Positions 39,701 through 48,224 of a DNA stretch of 64,000 nt are shown piece by piece. The notes under the pieces are model-generated. The model was not told where the DNA came from and searched no databases. It worked only from the letters and a program-made list of their open reading frames with translations. Source of the DNA: Escherichia phage ECBP1. Position numbers and translations under genes: made by a program. Each line of letters starts with the position of its first letter. The stretch's first letter is position 1. Location of the stretch: the sequence record NC_018854.1. One strand, written 5' to 3'.

Positions 39701-41427
39701 TGAATAGCTTCTACACGGTTAGTGGAACCAGAAACAGCTTCACGGATTGCTGGGTTAGTTTGTTCCAATTCTACCGGGTCAAACTTCATTGCTTGAGTTA
39801 AGTCAGCAGCATACTGGGTAGCAGCAGCTTTCTCTTCTGGAGAAATATCCATTGCATCCACTGCTTCCTGAACAGTTGCTTGAGCTTGTTCTGCCTGAGC
39901 AGTAGCTTCTTGTGCAGCAGCGTTAACCGTAGCATCAGATACGGGGGATGCTTGTTCATTACGCTTAGCAACTTCTTCCCCACGTTGAACCAGGATGTTA
40001 GTAATAGGAGAAGCTACTTTTGCTAGTGCCTTACCAGCCAAAGAAGCACCAGCCAGGGTAGTACGTACAGCAGGACCAACGGCAGCACCAGCAGCCTTAA
40101 CAGTTGCACCAGGAGCTTGAGCAACTCCAGCAGAACCGAAGCCATACAATGCACCAAGACCGGTTTGTTCACCCACACCTTTAAGCAAATCACGCTTAGC
40201 ATCTACATTACCTTGAATTGCCTTGTTCTGTGCAAACTGACTTGTACCAGACTGGATACCTTCTTCTACAGTCTCACGCAGCATGTTAGAACCAGCACCA
40301 GCCAGTGAACCTACCTTAAGTGGATTAAGTTCAAACTTGGATACCAGTGGACCAGTAAGAGCAGCAACCGGAGCAGTTAAGCCAGCAGCAGTAATACCCG
40401 TTTCAGATGCAGTCTGGCGACGTGCTTCTTCAGGAGATAAACCGTCTTTAATATGCTGTTGGTATACAGGAGATTTAGCAGCCAATTCACTGAATGGCAT
40501 TTCCATAATTTCATTAGCAGTCTGTTGGTATGCACCACCAGCTTCCATACCACCAATTGCTATAGCAGGTGCAGCAACACGACCAGTAGCTAATGCAGTA
40601 CGTGCAGGACGTGAACCTAACTCAGCAGCTAAGGTAATGCCTTTAACAGCTTTATCACCACCTACCATTACTTTACCGAGTGCAGATACACCACGAATCA
40701 ATGGACCGCCGGTAAAGAGAGAACCAACACCCTCAGCCAGACCATCAGTAGCAGCCATGCCATTGGACAAGGTGTTAGCAACAGAATCGTAAGCATCTCG
40801 ACCAATGCGAGACAGGGAAGCAACGAGATCACTTTCTCCTTTAGCAATATCCTGCTTATAGAGTTTCTCGTTTTCCTGTGCAGATATTACGTTCTGGTTC
40901 TGTACTACATTACGACGAGCATTTAATGCATCAGACTGTAGGTTGTGTACACCTTTATTCAACCAGTCAAGACCGGAAGCAATGGTTGCCCCGGCATTAT
41001 CATTGACCAAGCCTGTACCAAGAGCAGCAATGCCCCCAAGAGTATTAGCAACACCAAGACCAACACCAGAAAGGGTATCACCAAGTGCTTCACCATATGT
41101 ACGACTCTTAGTTAAATCACGACGAACAGCATTAGCTGCATTGACACGAGCATTGAGAATGTCCATTCCTTGCTCATTGCCATACTTGTTTATGATTTCA
41201 AGAGGAGAGGCATTAGTAAAATCTGCCTGAAAAGAACCTGGGTCAAATGCACCAGCACCTAAGTTACCAGCACGGCCTGCCTGTAATTGGTAAGCGTTCT
41301 GTGGGGTTAGTTGGAAGGGGCTTTGCCCTTGTTCAGCTTGTTTCCGAGAGGTTGCAGTAGAGACATCGACTTGCTTAGCAGTAGTGATGCTGTCTGCGAA
41401 ACCTGCCAGACGGTCAAATGTTGACAT
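30715..41427 (-). CDS. giant virion-encapsidated RNA polymerase (N4 gp50-like vRNAP)
   Basis: About 3570 aa single ORF; central region has T7-like RNAP-type motifs ('YVEADGVTNGPINAMVLM', 'KNPLTITIYGSGARGIAGK'); start taken at ATG 41427 (track start 41445 is TTG). Confidence 0.8.
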   Translation of the reverse strand: MSTFDRLAGFADSITTAKQVDVSTATSRKQAEQGQSPFQLTPQNAYQLQAGRAGNLGAGAFDPGSFQADFTNASPLEIINKYGNEQGMDILNARVNAANAVRRDLTKSRTYGEALGDTLSGVGLGVANTLGGIAALGTGLVNDNAGATIASGLDWLNKGVHNLQSDALNARRNVVQNQNVISAQENEKLYKQDIAKGESDLVASLSRIGRDAYDSVANTLSNGMAATDGLAEGVGSLFTGGPLIRGVSALGKVMVGGDKAVKGITLAAELGSRPARTALATGRVAAPAIAIGGMEAGGAYQQTANEIMEMPFSELAAKSPVYQQHIKDGLSPEEARRQTASETGITAAGLTAPVAALTGPLVSKFELNPLKVGSLAGAGSNMLRETVEEGIQSGTSQFAQNKAIQGNVDAKRDLLKGVGEQTGLGALYGFGSAGVAQAPGATVKAAGAAVGPAVRTTLAGASLAGKALAKVASPITNILVQRGEEVAKRNEQASPVSDATVNAAAQEATAQAEQAQATVQEAVDAMDISPEEKAAATQYAADLTQAMKFDPVELEQTNPAIREAVSGSTNRVEAIQKMADLVNTAEDPNVQMEAAIQMYDNIMSMDSFINRDPGALANLEQDSPAAAIVDQFSGLMANVQNTPKVLRAFRAIHSMIQEQAEAGKLKATEEANQAQANNIAMAADVSPEVLDADSVNMVLKHASEGKITLGNRQRAALQSAAALLQGAREFDAKAEELGLRPQDIVSKQIKTDESRSNEGQYSALQHAKRIRSAYNSGNFDLASAYLSDFMKFAQHMQNKVGALNEHLISGNADKNKSVHYQALSPSREWVRSRTGLGVNPYDTKSVKFAQQVALEAKTVADIANALATAYPELNVSHVKVTSLDSRLNKPAAQVVKEFRQGGLDATQSQQTNEPVNQVDETPALVQEDTTTVQPKDKPVVENKTAPTKETSPKAEEVSTTESERDAYVKENTISQETLNKNGDRRESPWLFADGTVVGSNGDHISLSDVFGHDGYRDMSLDTGAIRSTFYKGSEQPFVSLQLFDNQKLTAEQFNTVQSFVEANNALIQIGVDTSERNTNNVEKEEVSLAQLKADYTVGGKPLSEMETVFPVYNNDKTPNQFLKAFSLPEEPKSRTIGSESPLTDVKKALSSAARFEAFTQKENNALTSDVIKRYQDLFEFGETLKTTLSDRLAKFLANKNVGKRFAEGTEANRWVGGKLLNIVEKDGDTFKFNDQLLETAVLAGLQWRLTATQNAAVKDMKDVAAITGVEASLLPEGILADFENAQTLVEATNSLAQKIESYWGLNRNPNAPLGYTKGIPMAMATEILSSLIEMGEVKESMLDVSEIDPESNKTVGLYTIEKLDDNDAINKFPTAIEETVLLEPVEKLYLGDDIPSVAQTQLRNPAVKNTPEQKAALKAEQATEFRVHMPMVNFYEALGCDNILELMGAGALNPELLNVNTAKSLEGKNLSVSMAYDSLFGVINQIKEQENGLDTPIHYGYNMTRVGRMQMLGKNNPQSSKLVREAILPTFSTIDLSNENSQTFSDFQLGLAQALGIKVHKMSREVMSDELTKALEGKLKPAVDMMVEFDKSGHLPADAVDILKTSLGSDKSFVALMALMEYARYLNSDDRTNFNTPLYVEADGVTNGPINAMVLMTGGKFTPDWIKNTAKGGLFFGKAGKTMNEHHSHEDSVDLYEASTNGLQQALNELRSTYRNNVPVMNQMNHLQKLMDLFIKDFNLNEDGTLDLKRGIAKNPLTITIYGSGARGIAGKMVSAITDVIYERFSDVLQARAADPSISPAMAMFGKEAASEADAQAMLDTFLTSMEALTGNVPVMRKGELSIQQVDGALTGKLDPQKFTVSGNALKNLQENMLHLFVEPMRTGIRNTVGEGLMYSTENLQKATQIQSLVLQDMFQQRVQEKLAEKEKDPTWKKGDFLTQKELNEIQESLSPLAPMIETGSQTFYIAGSENTDVANQVLATNLDDRMRVPMSIYAPSQAGVAGIPFMTIGTGDGMMMQTLSTMKGAPKNTLKIFDGMNIGINDITDASRKANEAVYTSWQGNPIKNVYDSYAKFMKNVDFSKLSDKTKQAIAKSALEYDQREGATDDLLRVGAEQIERNLRNIALGVDIRHKVMNQVQVTVDQMAAVGAPYVNDGKISLEGLTVDQQVAKLNELFDAELNKRRDAVRAAKAEPAKEVPAMEQVGRVLKSGVRLLSNTAITKLAKEMSPEQQAVLKEVQKSLAAKDYKVVYGTPSQLDAYAIEKNITRPAPEDIEAAEAGNAYGWTNFDDKTIYLVTPSLETLVHELVHASTFESVLAHYEGTPNEAVQNIEDLMNQFRTLDVKNEPPAVREAYADALNTINGHLSNGFIEPAMAKAAALNEYMAWGLTNRELIGKQKKTTALKAMVQAVYEAIKRLVFGRKKAPANADDMFSGLLFNSAVVMRGQAPTAAVAKDTTLFHNKAYGDNTRLEELGKTFDKLITDYIGSEPVQQVIRKGKFSDAVVNATKVTRDVQAHGFTMNMQEQRLFTNIVAALATEAAINPAAMARAQEYYTHVTKNLTVEAFMADPDSTNPADRYYAQQKFDTIMGANNIEFDAQGRSSLLPTFVGLAMVSEEVRKVLADIPVMKADKKSGNTVDAMLTNIGTAAMASLNARVAGDTKATNVQEGMDALAQTIMQTSLNAESFYDSVATPTGNAIDRANQYLVDSIDALSTRALEGAREIAANTKNPLVKGAVHAAQLVAAIATEKNGAIVAEGVMAAMNQGKVWQPFHDLVNDIIGRTKSNASVYDLIKAVRAQVQADRQQFREHLPTTIASKFSRKLTNEEWKAMHTGMGKTDLAVLRDTMSLDEIRDLLTDQKIVDREVNKLEADLQKQAGRNWPLINRKSKQLAQYMIKGTVGNNLLRNATAISRLLGERKTTRSVVDVAQLDKLITLYALEAMNKTDREMLSSLAQTEIEGMDFATSYLVGQRKDEMAKAKSDSRATLNQYKGYIPSENKQGVNLIVAEDSQFADLIEKSYVRLGTYQGSSANRGPARSYYFAPVQAQAPFSQGILQNVRNTAGGVDLGTGFTMGTMVAGRITDKPSVDRITKALARGERGNEPLLPVYDANGNVVAYEQSIDPNMLKHIEGENHLARAIGVWRGRQVEEAKAQRFNDMLIENLHSMYENDIKMSASNKSQYVNLLGSKLDPVTADALKLMNSETRQKAESLFGPGELWVRRDMLNDALGYRAASVGDAWSGNSRWSPETLDTFKKAMLGVFGNRAYKYVMGGENLVQNLVKEAKTLIVVKSVVVPAVNFLANLYQMVARGVPVKNIAKSISQKTAEINQYLKSRLRQVDAEAELRAATNPNQIRKLKAEIQSISDSHKRLSIWPLLEAGEFSSIADAGIGRDDILITEGKLHEYMEKLADKLPKSVRNAGRYALITKDTALFQGIQKTVEYSDFIAKAIIYDELTQRKGKTREEALGRVTEEFINYDRLPGRFRGYMESVGLMWFYNFKIRSAKVAVSMIRNNPVHAAMAMLAPTPTMFGNVGLPIQDNIFSIAAQGNLGYSFGFGQGLRAHNLNPWLNLTN

Positions 41428-41490
41428 AGCATGATTCCTGTTCAAACTTATATCGTATAAGAAGATTCACTGTACAGTAAGTGAATGTAA

Positions 41491-41512
41491 GAGAAAAGCC
41501 CCGGATGGGGCT
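41491..41512 (-). terminator. minus-strand intrinsic terminator upstream of vRNAP gene
   Basis: AGCCCC-ggat-GGGGCT with T-run on minus strand (TTTTCTC). Confidence 0.5.
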
Positions 41513-41530
41513 TTATTAGTATGTAAGATT

Positions 41531-43477
41531 TTATCGAGGTTGCATATAGGGAGGTAAACCCTCTGCTAATTTTCGATAACGTTTAGCTCGTTCTTCATCT
41601 TCACGACTACGTTCACGTTCTACTGAAGCATTAGAACGGAAGTTCTGTGGAACCAGATTTCCCTGGTCAGCTACCACAGTATTAACAGCAGCATCTAATG
41701 CAGCTCGTGCCCTTGCTAACTCAGCCTCACGAGCAGGGATAGTAGCAGCAAGCCCGCTTTGCCCAGCAGCTACACGACGACGAGTATCAGCAAGTAAGGC
41801 TTCTGCTTGTGTTACCTGGTTCTGAGCATTAGCAATATTACCCTGTACCTGGGTAAGAACATTATCACGAGCAGTAGCTTCAATGCCTTCCCCACGACGT
41901 ACTGAACGTGCTAGTTCTCTGGCAACGGTATCATCAATACGAATACCTCCACCACCTTCATTGGAGATGAACGGATTAAGTGCATCAAGTGCTCGACTAA
42001 TCATACCTTCCGGTACGTTGGTAGTAGACTGCTTAAGAATCTCAGCAGCTACAGCAGGAGACTGCCCGGATTCTTGCATAACATCATTGAGTCGAGCAAT
42101 CATCCATCCTTTTTCAGAACCTTTAAAAGCATCCTTAAGAAGACGGTCTGCTACTTCACCAATAGTAGAGTTGTCACGTAATGCACGAGCATAATTAGCA
42201 GTAATGGTTCCAGTGTTATCTTCAGACTGACGTGCAGCAACTGTATTGCCTGCCATGTTTGAGACTACTTGCTGAGTCTGTAACTGATCAAGGGGTGCTC
42301 CTACTTCTGCCTGTGCAATTAACTGGCGTGCTTCACTCCACGGCATATCCTTATAACCACCTACACCTAAGTCAGGCAATGCAGCCCAGGTCTTAGAAAG
42401 GTTACCATTCTTACGGTCATTGAAGATTGCTTCTGCTATTTTGTCCTGTACTTCAGGAGTCATTTGCTGATTACGCCAATCTGAACCAAGCACTTTAGGG
42501 GCATAGTCTTCCAGAGTAGCTTTATTAATCTGAAATGCACCTACAGGAGAATGACCTTGTGACGGGTTATTAATCATACTCTGTTGATGATTAGTAACCT
42601 CACCTAGTGTCATCTCAGTAATAGGCTTATCAGTAGCAGCAAAGGTATAGGTTGCATCATAAGGAGAACCAGAACGAGTACCAGCAGTTCCCGGAGCAGA
42701 GCCAGAAGGAGACGTAGCGTAAGTACCTGGGAATCTCTGGTTTACACCTCGCATGATTGCAGCACGTACACCTGGAGAAGCATTCTGCATAGCAGACTCT
42801 GCCAATGTAAGAGCATCCATAGGAGTGGAAGCACTACGGAAAATATCCGTCAGTATACCGGATGCAGCTTGTGAATCAGCATCATTACGTTGAGCCACAC
42901 CCAAATCAAAGCGGTTCTGTGCTTGGTTAATAGCCTGACCACCTTGCCCTTGAAGACGGCTCAGCATATCCAGTTGTTGGTCGGCAGGGAGTGCAGATAA
43001 TGCATCACGGGTTTGGTCCAATGCAGTATTAATACGGTTCTGGTCACCAGACTGATAAGCCTCAGACAATAAACGAATAGCTGGAGAAGCATTATCTAAT
43101 GCAGAGTCAGTATTCTGTAAACGACCAAAACGATAAGCATTGTAGTCATTAATTCCCTGCTGACCTTGTTGAGTCAGAAGAGTACTTGCTCGCTCATCCA
43201 GATTCTGCAGGGTATGTTGGTTTACGAGTGAAGGGTCAACCCCCTGGAACAATGCACCGGATGCCAGAGCATTACGATACTCAGTAGGGTCTTGATACTG
43301 CATAGCATTCATCATGACGGCATTGCCAGCCTCCTGCTTGGCAGCGTTCTGGAAGTTACCCAGTGCATCACTTAAGCCGGAGGTGGCGTTACCAATCATG
43401 TTGCCAAATGTGCGAATGCTGTCACCAACTCCAGAGAAGTTAGGTGCATCAACATTACGCCATGTAATTTGAGCCAT
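41531..43477 (-). CDS. virion internal protein (N4 gp51-like position)
   Basis: 648 aa, Gln/Ala-rich, between ejection-protein genes and vRNAP. Confidence 0.45.
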   Translation of the reverse strand: MAQITWRNVDAPNFSGVGDSIRTFGNMIGNATSGLSDALGNFQNAAKQEAGNAVMMNAMQYQDPTEYRNALASGALFQGVDPSLVNQHTLQNLDERASTLLTQQGQQGINDYNAYRFGRLQNTDSALDNASPAIRLLSEAYQSGDQNRINTALDQTRDALSALPADQQLDMLSRLQGQGGQAINQAQNRFDLGVAQRNDADSQAASGILTDIFRSASTPMDALTLAESAMQNASPGVRAAIMRGVNQRFPGTYATSPSGSAPGTAGTRSGSPYDATYTFAATDKPITEMTLGEVTNHQQSMINNPSQGHSPVGAFQINKATLEDYAPKVLGSDWRNQQMTPEVQDKIAEAIFNDRKNGNLSKTWAALPDLGVGGYKDMPWSEARQLIAQAEVGAPLDQLQTQQVVSNMAGNTVAARQSEDNTGTITANYARALRDNSTIGEVADRLLKDAFKGSEKGWMIARLNDVMQESGQSPAVAAEILKQSTTNVPEGMISRALDALNPFISNEGGGGIRIDDTVARELARSVRRGEGIEATARDNVLTQVQGNIANAQNQVTQAEALLADTRRRVAAGQSGLAATIPAREAELARARAALDAAVNTVVADQGNLVPQNFRSNASVERERSREDEERAKRYRKLAEGLPPYMQPR

Positions 43478-43489
43478 GATGGTTTCCTA

Positions 43490-43954
43490 TTAACGAGTTA
43501 GCTTATTAGCTGCAATGTAAGCATCAGCTGAAGACTGGTCACGGTTCTCTGCAACAGCACGACTACGAGCACGGTCTTCCAGTGCAGTGTTATAAGACTT
43601 AATCTGGTTGTTCAGGTTAGTGTTAGTAACACTCTTAGCAAAGTTCAACTGGTCTTTGGCTAACTTATTGGCCTGGAAACCACTATAGATACCAGCTAAG
43701 GAACCAAGTGCACCGAGTCCTAGTTGGAAGGTGGGTACATTCATACCCAACTGATTAGCTGAACCAGACAAGAAGGAAGTAGGGGAGGCTACTCCTGTAC
43801 CTGCATTCATACCAATAGCTGCACCCGGATTGTAGTTCATAGCTGGGGTATTAAAATTCTGATTGTTATTAGACATCCAAGACATAGCAGCTGGCTGTGG
43901 GGTTTGGTTGCCTGTTAAGAATGACAAATCCATAGGGATTCTCCTGTTAAACAA
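43490..43954 (-). CDS. virion protein (N4 gp52-like size)
   Basis: 154 aa; Gly/Asn/Gln-rich. Confidence 0.4.
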   Translation of the reverse strand: MFNRRIPMDLSFLTGNQTPQPAAMSWMSNNNQNFNTPAMNYNPGAAIGMNAGTGVASPTSFLSGSANQLGMNVPTFQLGLGALGSLAGIYSGFQANKLAKDQLNFAKSVTNTNLNNQIKSYNTALEDRARSRAVAENRDQSSADAYIAANKLTR

Positions 43955-46601
43955 GGTCAGTATTAAGAGTCATATCAGAGTAGCTTCCAATCATGTTTAA
44001 AGACATGTCAGCTATATCCGAACCAGTCATGAGAGTACGTGAGAGGAAAGAATCCATCGACTCCATTGACACAAATTGCATAGGGTCAATTACACCCTGC
44101 CCAGCAGTACCAAACATCTCTTCATACTGCTTATTGATTGCCATCATATCAGTATTGTACTGCTGCATTACTTTCTCTGCTTTCTGAATAGTAGCAGCCG
44201 TAGATGCATTAATATACTGGCTAATACCATTACCTACTGAACTGGTAAGCTGCATGATGTTCTGAGCATTCATCATTTCACTGGCTAAGGTAGATAAGGA
44301 TGAACCAGTAGATAGAGCAGTACCAACATTCATAGCTACCATTGAAGCAACAGCAGTAATGATAAAACCTAGCTTATCACCAAAGAGTGAAGTGGATACT
44401 TTAGTGATAATAGATACCAGAATCATTGCAGCAATGGCGTTTGCTACAGCACCTACTATTACAGCAGCTAATCCAACAAAACCGAGTGACGCCCCAACTG
44501 CTCCATATGCCCCAAGTATACCTGCACCACCAGTACCCATAGTGAATACGGATACAACGACAGCAACCACAACAACCACAATCTTAAAGGCAGATGTTTG
44601 ATACCACTTCTGCTTAACCTTCTTATATGAGTTCATCACTAAGTAGGAGCAGGCAGTGGATAGCTGAGTACTTCGAATCAGTGACATTGAACGATAGATG
44701 TTAGTATGTAGTGGAATAATGAACCCACTCTCCTCTGCATCACCCATTGCTTCGGCAACATCAATATGCACTGACTTATTCTTATATACCCTGTTATTGT
44801 GATTTAGACCCAGTACTCTAAGTTTACGGTAAGTGTTATTACCATCCTGCCAAAGCAGTTCATACTCCTGCATAGAATAGAATGTAGTGGTAACCTCTAA
44901 CTTCTTAGCTGAACCGGAGTTACTAGCAGTTCGTATGTTCTTGCGAGTAAGAGTTATATCCCCTGCATACCTGGCTCGAAGTTGTCCTTGCTTAGCACCA
45001 GACCATGCTTGCCCTGAGTGGGTAGTTTCAGATACGTAATTCCAACCAATGGTCATGTCATACTTGTAATGCTTATTACTATGTACCCTAAATTCTCTCT
45101 TAGGTATGACTGGGTATTCTGGCAGTGGTGGAGGAGTTCCAATAGTGTGCCCTTCAGTCCTATTCCACCATTCTACATATGCATCAACTGCATCATTAGC
45201 TGCCTGATAACCTGCAATCACTGCCTCCAAGGTTGGATAGGTTGGGTCAGGTGGGAATGCTTCAGTAGCCATCTGAAAGAAACGGTAGATGTATTCCTTA
45301 GCAGTATCTTCAGGAGTATTAAGAGATACGCCAAATGTGCCATAAATGTACTGAATATCACCTATATCATCATTCTTCTTAAGCTCTGTTACTACCTTAT
45401 CAATTTTTCCACCGGTAGCTTTATAAAGAGCTTTCTTACAGTATGGATAGATTGGGTCATTCTCTACCCATTGTTTATCGTTCCTGATTGGAATAAATGG
45501 ATAGAATCGATTATCGGTAGCCTCAGTATCGAACAGTGAGTCTAGTGCAACGTTACCAGAGTTCTGCTTATAGATAAGCATCTTAGGTGTACCAACAGCA
45601 GTCATCTCTGTATCTGTACGAGTAGTCTGGGAGGAATACTTACGAACCAGTGTCTCTGTGGTTGTAGTAATTGTATCAGTACGAGTAACACCACCACCTA
45701 TATCAACTACGTTGGTAGTTACAGTAGTGCTGGATTGAATCTCACCAAACTTTTTATGAGTCATTACCCTGTCAGATACAACTACAGTTACATCATCGGG
45801 TTTCTCAGTGAATCCTTTACGGTAAACCTTAACGTAAGAGTTCCAGTTATCCACACTTGGTTCAGTGACAGTATTGTCTTCATCTGGTCTACCATCAGAG
45901 TAAACAGAGTGAGTATGTATGGTCTTAGTAAGGTTAGTTGTATTAGCTGTTGTATCACTTGATATGGTAGTCCATAGCAAAGTGGAAGGTAAGTCACCCT
46001 CACTATCATAGACAGTAGTCGGTCCTACTACCGGTGGATTGGTAGAGGGAGATTTATAGAAAGAGTAATCAGCATAGAGATACAAAGCACCTGGTTCAAA
46101 GTTAGTAGGTGTGAATTTAATAGTAGAACCACCATCCAGGGAGGTCATAGTAATTTCATTAGTATCTTCATTGATGTCTATGTCGAATCGTTCCATGATT
46201 CGACTAGGAGCATTTTCATAAAGATATTGGGCACACCATTGCTCAAAGTCAGCAAAGCCAATTTCTGCTGCCTGAACATAGACAGACTCTCCAGCAGGTG
46301 GTGTAATTTGACCCTCTATAACAGTAGGGTCAATCTTAGCCAATACACCCAACGAAGAACCAGCCATACCAACTTCTGAATCATAGTGGTTCTTACTCCA
46401 GCTGGAGAACAATCGCATACGAATACCAGGTCCATTCAGATAACTATCAGAGATAGTGTCTGCCATAGTGAATCCTGTATTGGAAACAATGTTACCGATG
46501 ACTACAGTCTTCATATAGTTAGGACGTTTGTGTATATCCCCTGCCATGTTATAGACAGAGGATGCTACGTATACTTTAGTCTTCCCACTGAATAAGCCCA
46601 T
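43947..46601 (-). CDS. large virion protein with long hydrophobic segments (putative ejection/channel protein)
   Basis: 884 aa; C-terminal 'KIVVVVVAVVVSVFTMGTGGAGILGAYGAVGASLGFVGLAAVIVGAVANAIAAMILVSIITKV'. Confidence 0.45.
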   Translation of the reverse strand: MGLFSGKTKVYVASSVYNMAGDIHKRPNYMKTVVIGNIVSNTGFTMADTISDSYLNGPGIRMRLFSSWSKNHYDSEVGMAGSSLGVLAKIDPTVIEGQITPPAGESVYVQAAEIGFADFEQWCAQYLYENAPSRIMERFDIDINEDTNEITMTSLDGGSTIKFTPTNFEPGALYLYADYSFYKSPSTNPPVVGPTTVYDSEGDLPSTLLWTTISSDTTANTTNLTKTIHTHSVYSDGRPDEDNTVTEPSVDNWNSYVKVYRKGFTEKPDDVTVVVSDRVMTHKKFGEIQSSTTVTTNVVDIGGGVTRTDTITTTTETLVRKYSSQTTRTDTEMTAVGTPKMLIYKQNSGNVALDSLFDTEATDNRFYPFIPIRNDKQWVENDPIYPYCKKALYKATGGKIDKVVTELKKNDDIGDIQYIYGTFGVSLNTPEDTAKEYIYRFFQMATEAFPPDPTYPTLEAVIAGYQAANDAVDAYVEWWNRTEGHTIGTPPPLPEYPVIPKREFRVHSNKHYKYDMTIGWNYVSETTHSGQAWSGAKQGQLRARYAGDITLTRKNIRTASNSGSAKKLEVTTTFYSMQEYELLWQDGNNTYRKLRVLGLNHNNRVYKNKSVHIDVAEAMGDAEESGFIIPLHTNIYRSMSLIRSTQLSTACSYLVMNSYKKVKQKWYQTSAFKIVVVVVAVVVSVFTMGTGGAGILGAYGAVGASLGFVGLAAVIVGAVANAIAAMILVSIITKVSTSLFGDKLGFIITAVASMVAMNVGTALSTGSSLSTLASEMMNAQNIMQLTSSVGNGISQYINASTAATIQKAEKVMQQYNTDMMAINKQYEEMFGTAGQGVIDPMQFVSMESMDSFLSRTLMTGSDIADMSLNMIGSYSDMTLNTDLV

Positions 46602-46602
46602 A

Positions 46603-47445
46603 TTAGTTCAGCCCGTTGTTAGTCTTCAGCTTGGTCAAAATGGTATCAATACTTGCGTTAGTGAAACCATTAGGAGGATTCAAGCCTTCATCAATAGTCT
46701 TCTGTGTAATCCATGCATCAGTAAACAACTTAGATGCTTTGACTTCTGCATCACGTTGGTAAGAAGTAATCTGTTGAGAGTACAACTCTTTCTGTTTACC
46801 TACAGAACCAGTAACAGTAGCACCATCACTACGAGTATCCAGTGTCTGTGCACGTTGTGCTTCTGTCTGCTCAGTAAGCAATTTAAGCTGTTGAGGTAAC
46901 ATCTGATTAGCATTAAACAATGCAGCACAATACGTCTCAGACTCAGTAGCAATCTTCATCTTAGTAAGAGCGTATTCACTCTTAGCAGACAATGCCTGAA
47001 TCTTAGCCAGTACAAACTGAGCCTTAGAAGTAGCCAGTTGAACACGAGCAGTAACTGCCTGAATCTGTGCCATAGCAGCAGCCCAGTATGCCTGGTCACG
47101 TCCAAGTAAGAACTGAACAGCATTACTCATGCATGATTCCATCATAGCAATGTATGCTTTGGTATATTCACCACCAGTAATACGGTTAGCTTTAAACTCA
47201 GCTTTAAGGTGATTGTGAGCAGATTCCATTAATGCATCAAACGTACCACTGCCTCCTACTTCACGGGTAGTAAGAGATTCATTGGTTATTTTAGTAATAG
47301 CCCCAAAGATTGGAGAATCATCTCCACCAGGGATATCCCATTCAGGACCAGACATATCAATATCAGGAAGGGTAAAGTCATCACCCTTAGTTAACTCTTC
47401 TAGGAGTCGGTTAGCTTCTACCTCAGCAGAACAAGACATAATCAT
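46603..47445 (-). CDS. virion structural protein
   Basis: 280 aa, coiled-coil-like Ala/Gln-rich centre. Confidence 0.4.
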   Translation of the reverse strand: MIMSCSAEVEANRLLEELTKGDDFTLPDIDMSGPEWDIPGGDDSPIFGAITKITNESLTTREVGGSGTFDALMESAHNHLKAEFKANRITGGEYTKAYIAMMESCMSNAVQFLLGRDQAYWAAAMAQIQAVTARVQLATSKAQFVLAKIQALSAKSEYALTKMKIATESETYCAALFNANQMLPQQLKLLTEQTEAQRAQTLDTRSDGATVTGSVGKQKELYSQQITSYQRDAEVKASKLFTDAWITQKTIDEGLNPPNGFTNASIDTILTKLKTNNGLN

Positions 47446-47515
47446 TCCTCTTGGTTCAAAAAGAAACGGCCCACGGAGTTACCCCAGTGAGCCGTGTTGA
47501 ACTGTAGCTTATACG

Positions 47516-48157
47516 TTAATCGTTAAGGCTACCAGCAGCAATCTGTGCTTGAGCCAGCTGAGCCAATTCAGCTTCAGTCAACGGAGGCAGTACTTCAATG
47601 GAGAACTCACGTGCTTCTGTTGCACGAATGTCCGGTAAGCCATTCTTACCTTTACGAGTAGTAATGTTAATGAACTTACGTTCTTTAAGGAACTCGTAGA
47701 TACAGTACGGAATATGATAACCATTGTCGGTTACTTCACCGAACGGAACAAACTTACGTACAGTACCCATATATTCGTTAGCTACGGTGATAATTTCACC
47801 CGGCAGGTCTTTCTTCTTAGGGTCAAGGTTCTGGATACGTACACGAATCAGTCGAGTCTGTTCTGCACGAATCTTCTGACCCAGGGTCATCTTCTTAACA
47901 CCAGCTTCCTGCTTAGCACCCAATGGGTTAACAGCAGCTTCTTCTACTACTGGTTCATCTTTTACTTGTGCAGCTTCAATCTTCTCACGAAGCTTTTCAA
48001 CGGAAATGTTGTTAGAGAACTTAATATTCATCAACGTTGCACGTTGCTTAAGAACTTCAAGTTCGCTAGGCATTGCAATATCGTTAACGGTATCTTCGTT
48101 GCCCTGTACGTTCACTTCTACGTCAGTGGTCGGTTTATCGTTAATGCTCATGTTCAT
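47516..48157 (-). CDS. head-associated protein, unknown function
   Basis: 213 aa, directly downstream of capsid gene on minus strand. Confidence 0.4.
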   Translation of the reverse strand: MNMSINDKPTTDVEVNVQGNEDTVNDIAMPSELEVLKQRATLMNIKFSNNISVEKLREKIEAAQVKDEPVVEEAAVNPLGAKQEAGVKKMTLGQKIRAEQTRLIRVRIQNLDPKKKDLPGEIITVANEYMGTVRKFVPFGEVTDNGYHIPYCIYEFLKERKFINITTRKGKNGLPDIRATEAREFSIEVLPPLTEAELAQLAQAQIAAGSLND

Positions 48158-48224
48158 ATTTCCTGTGGTTCATTTAGTTTTATTAAGAGGGGGACTTATG
48201 TCCCCCTTGTTTTATTTCGGACTA

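Noticed and set aside
40283-40792. Plus-strand ORFs (169 aa and others) inside the vRNAP gene
   Set aside because: Antisense to a continuous 10.7-kb coding frame; Pro/Ala/Ser-rich translations typical of reverse-complement artefacts.
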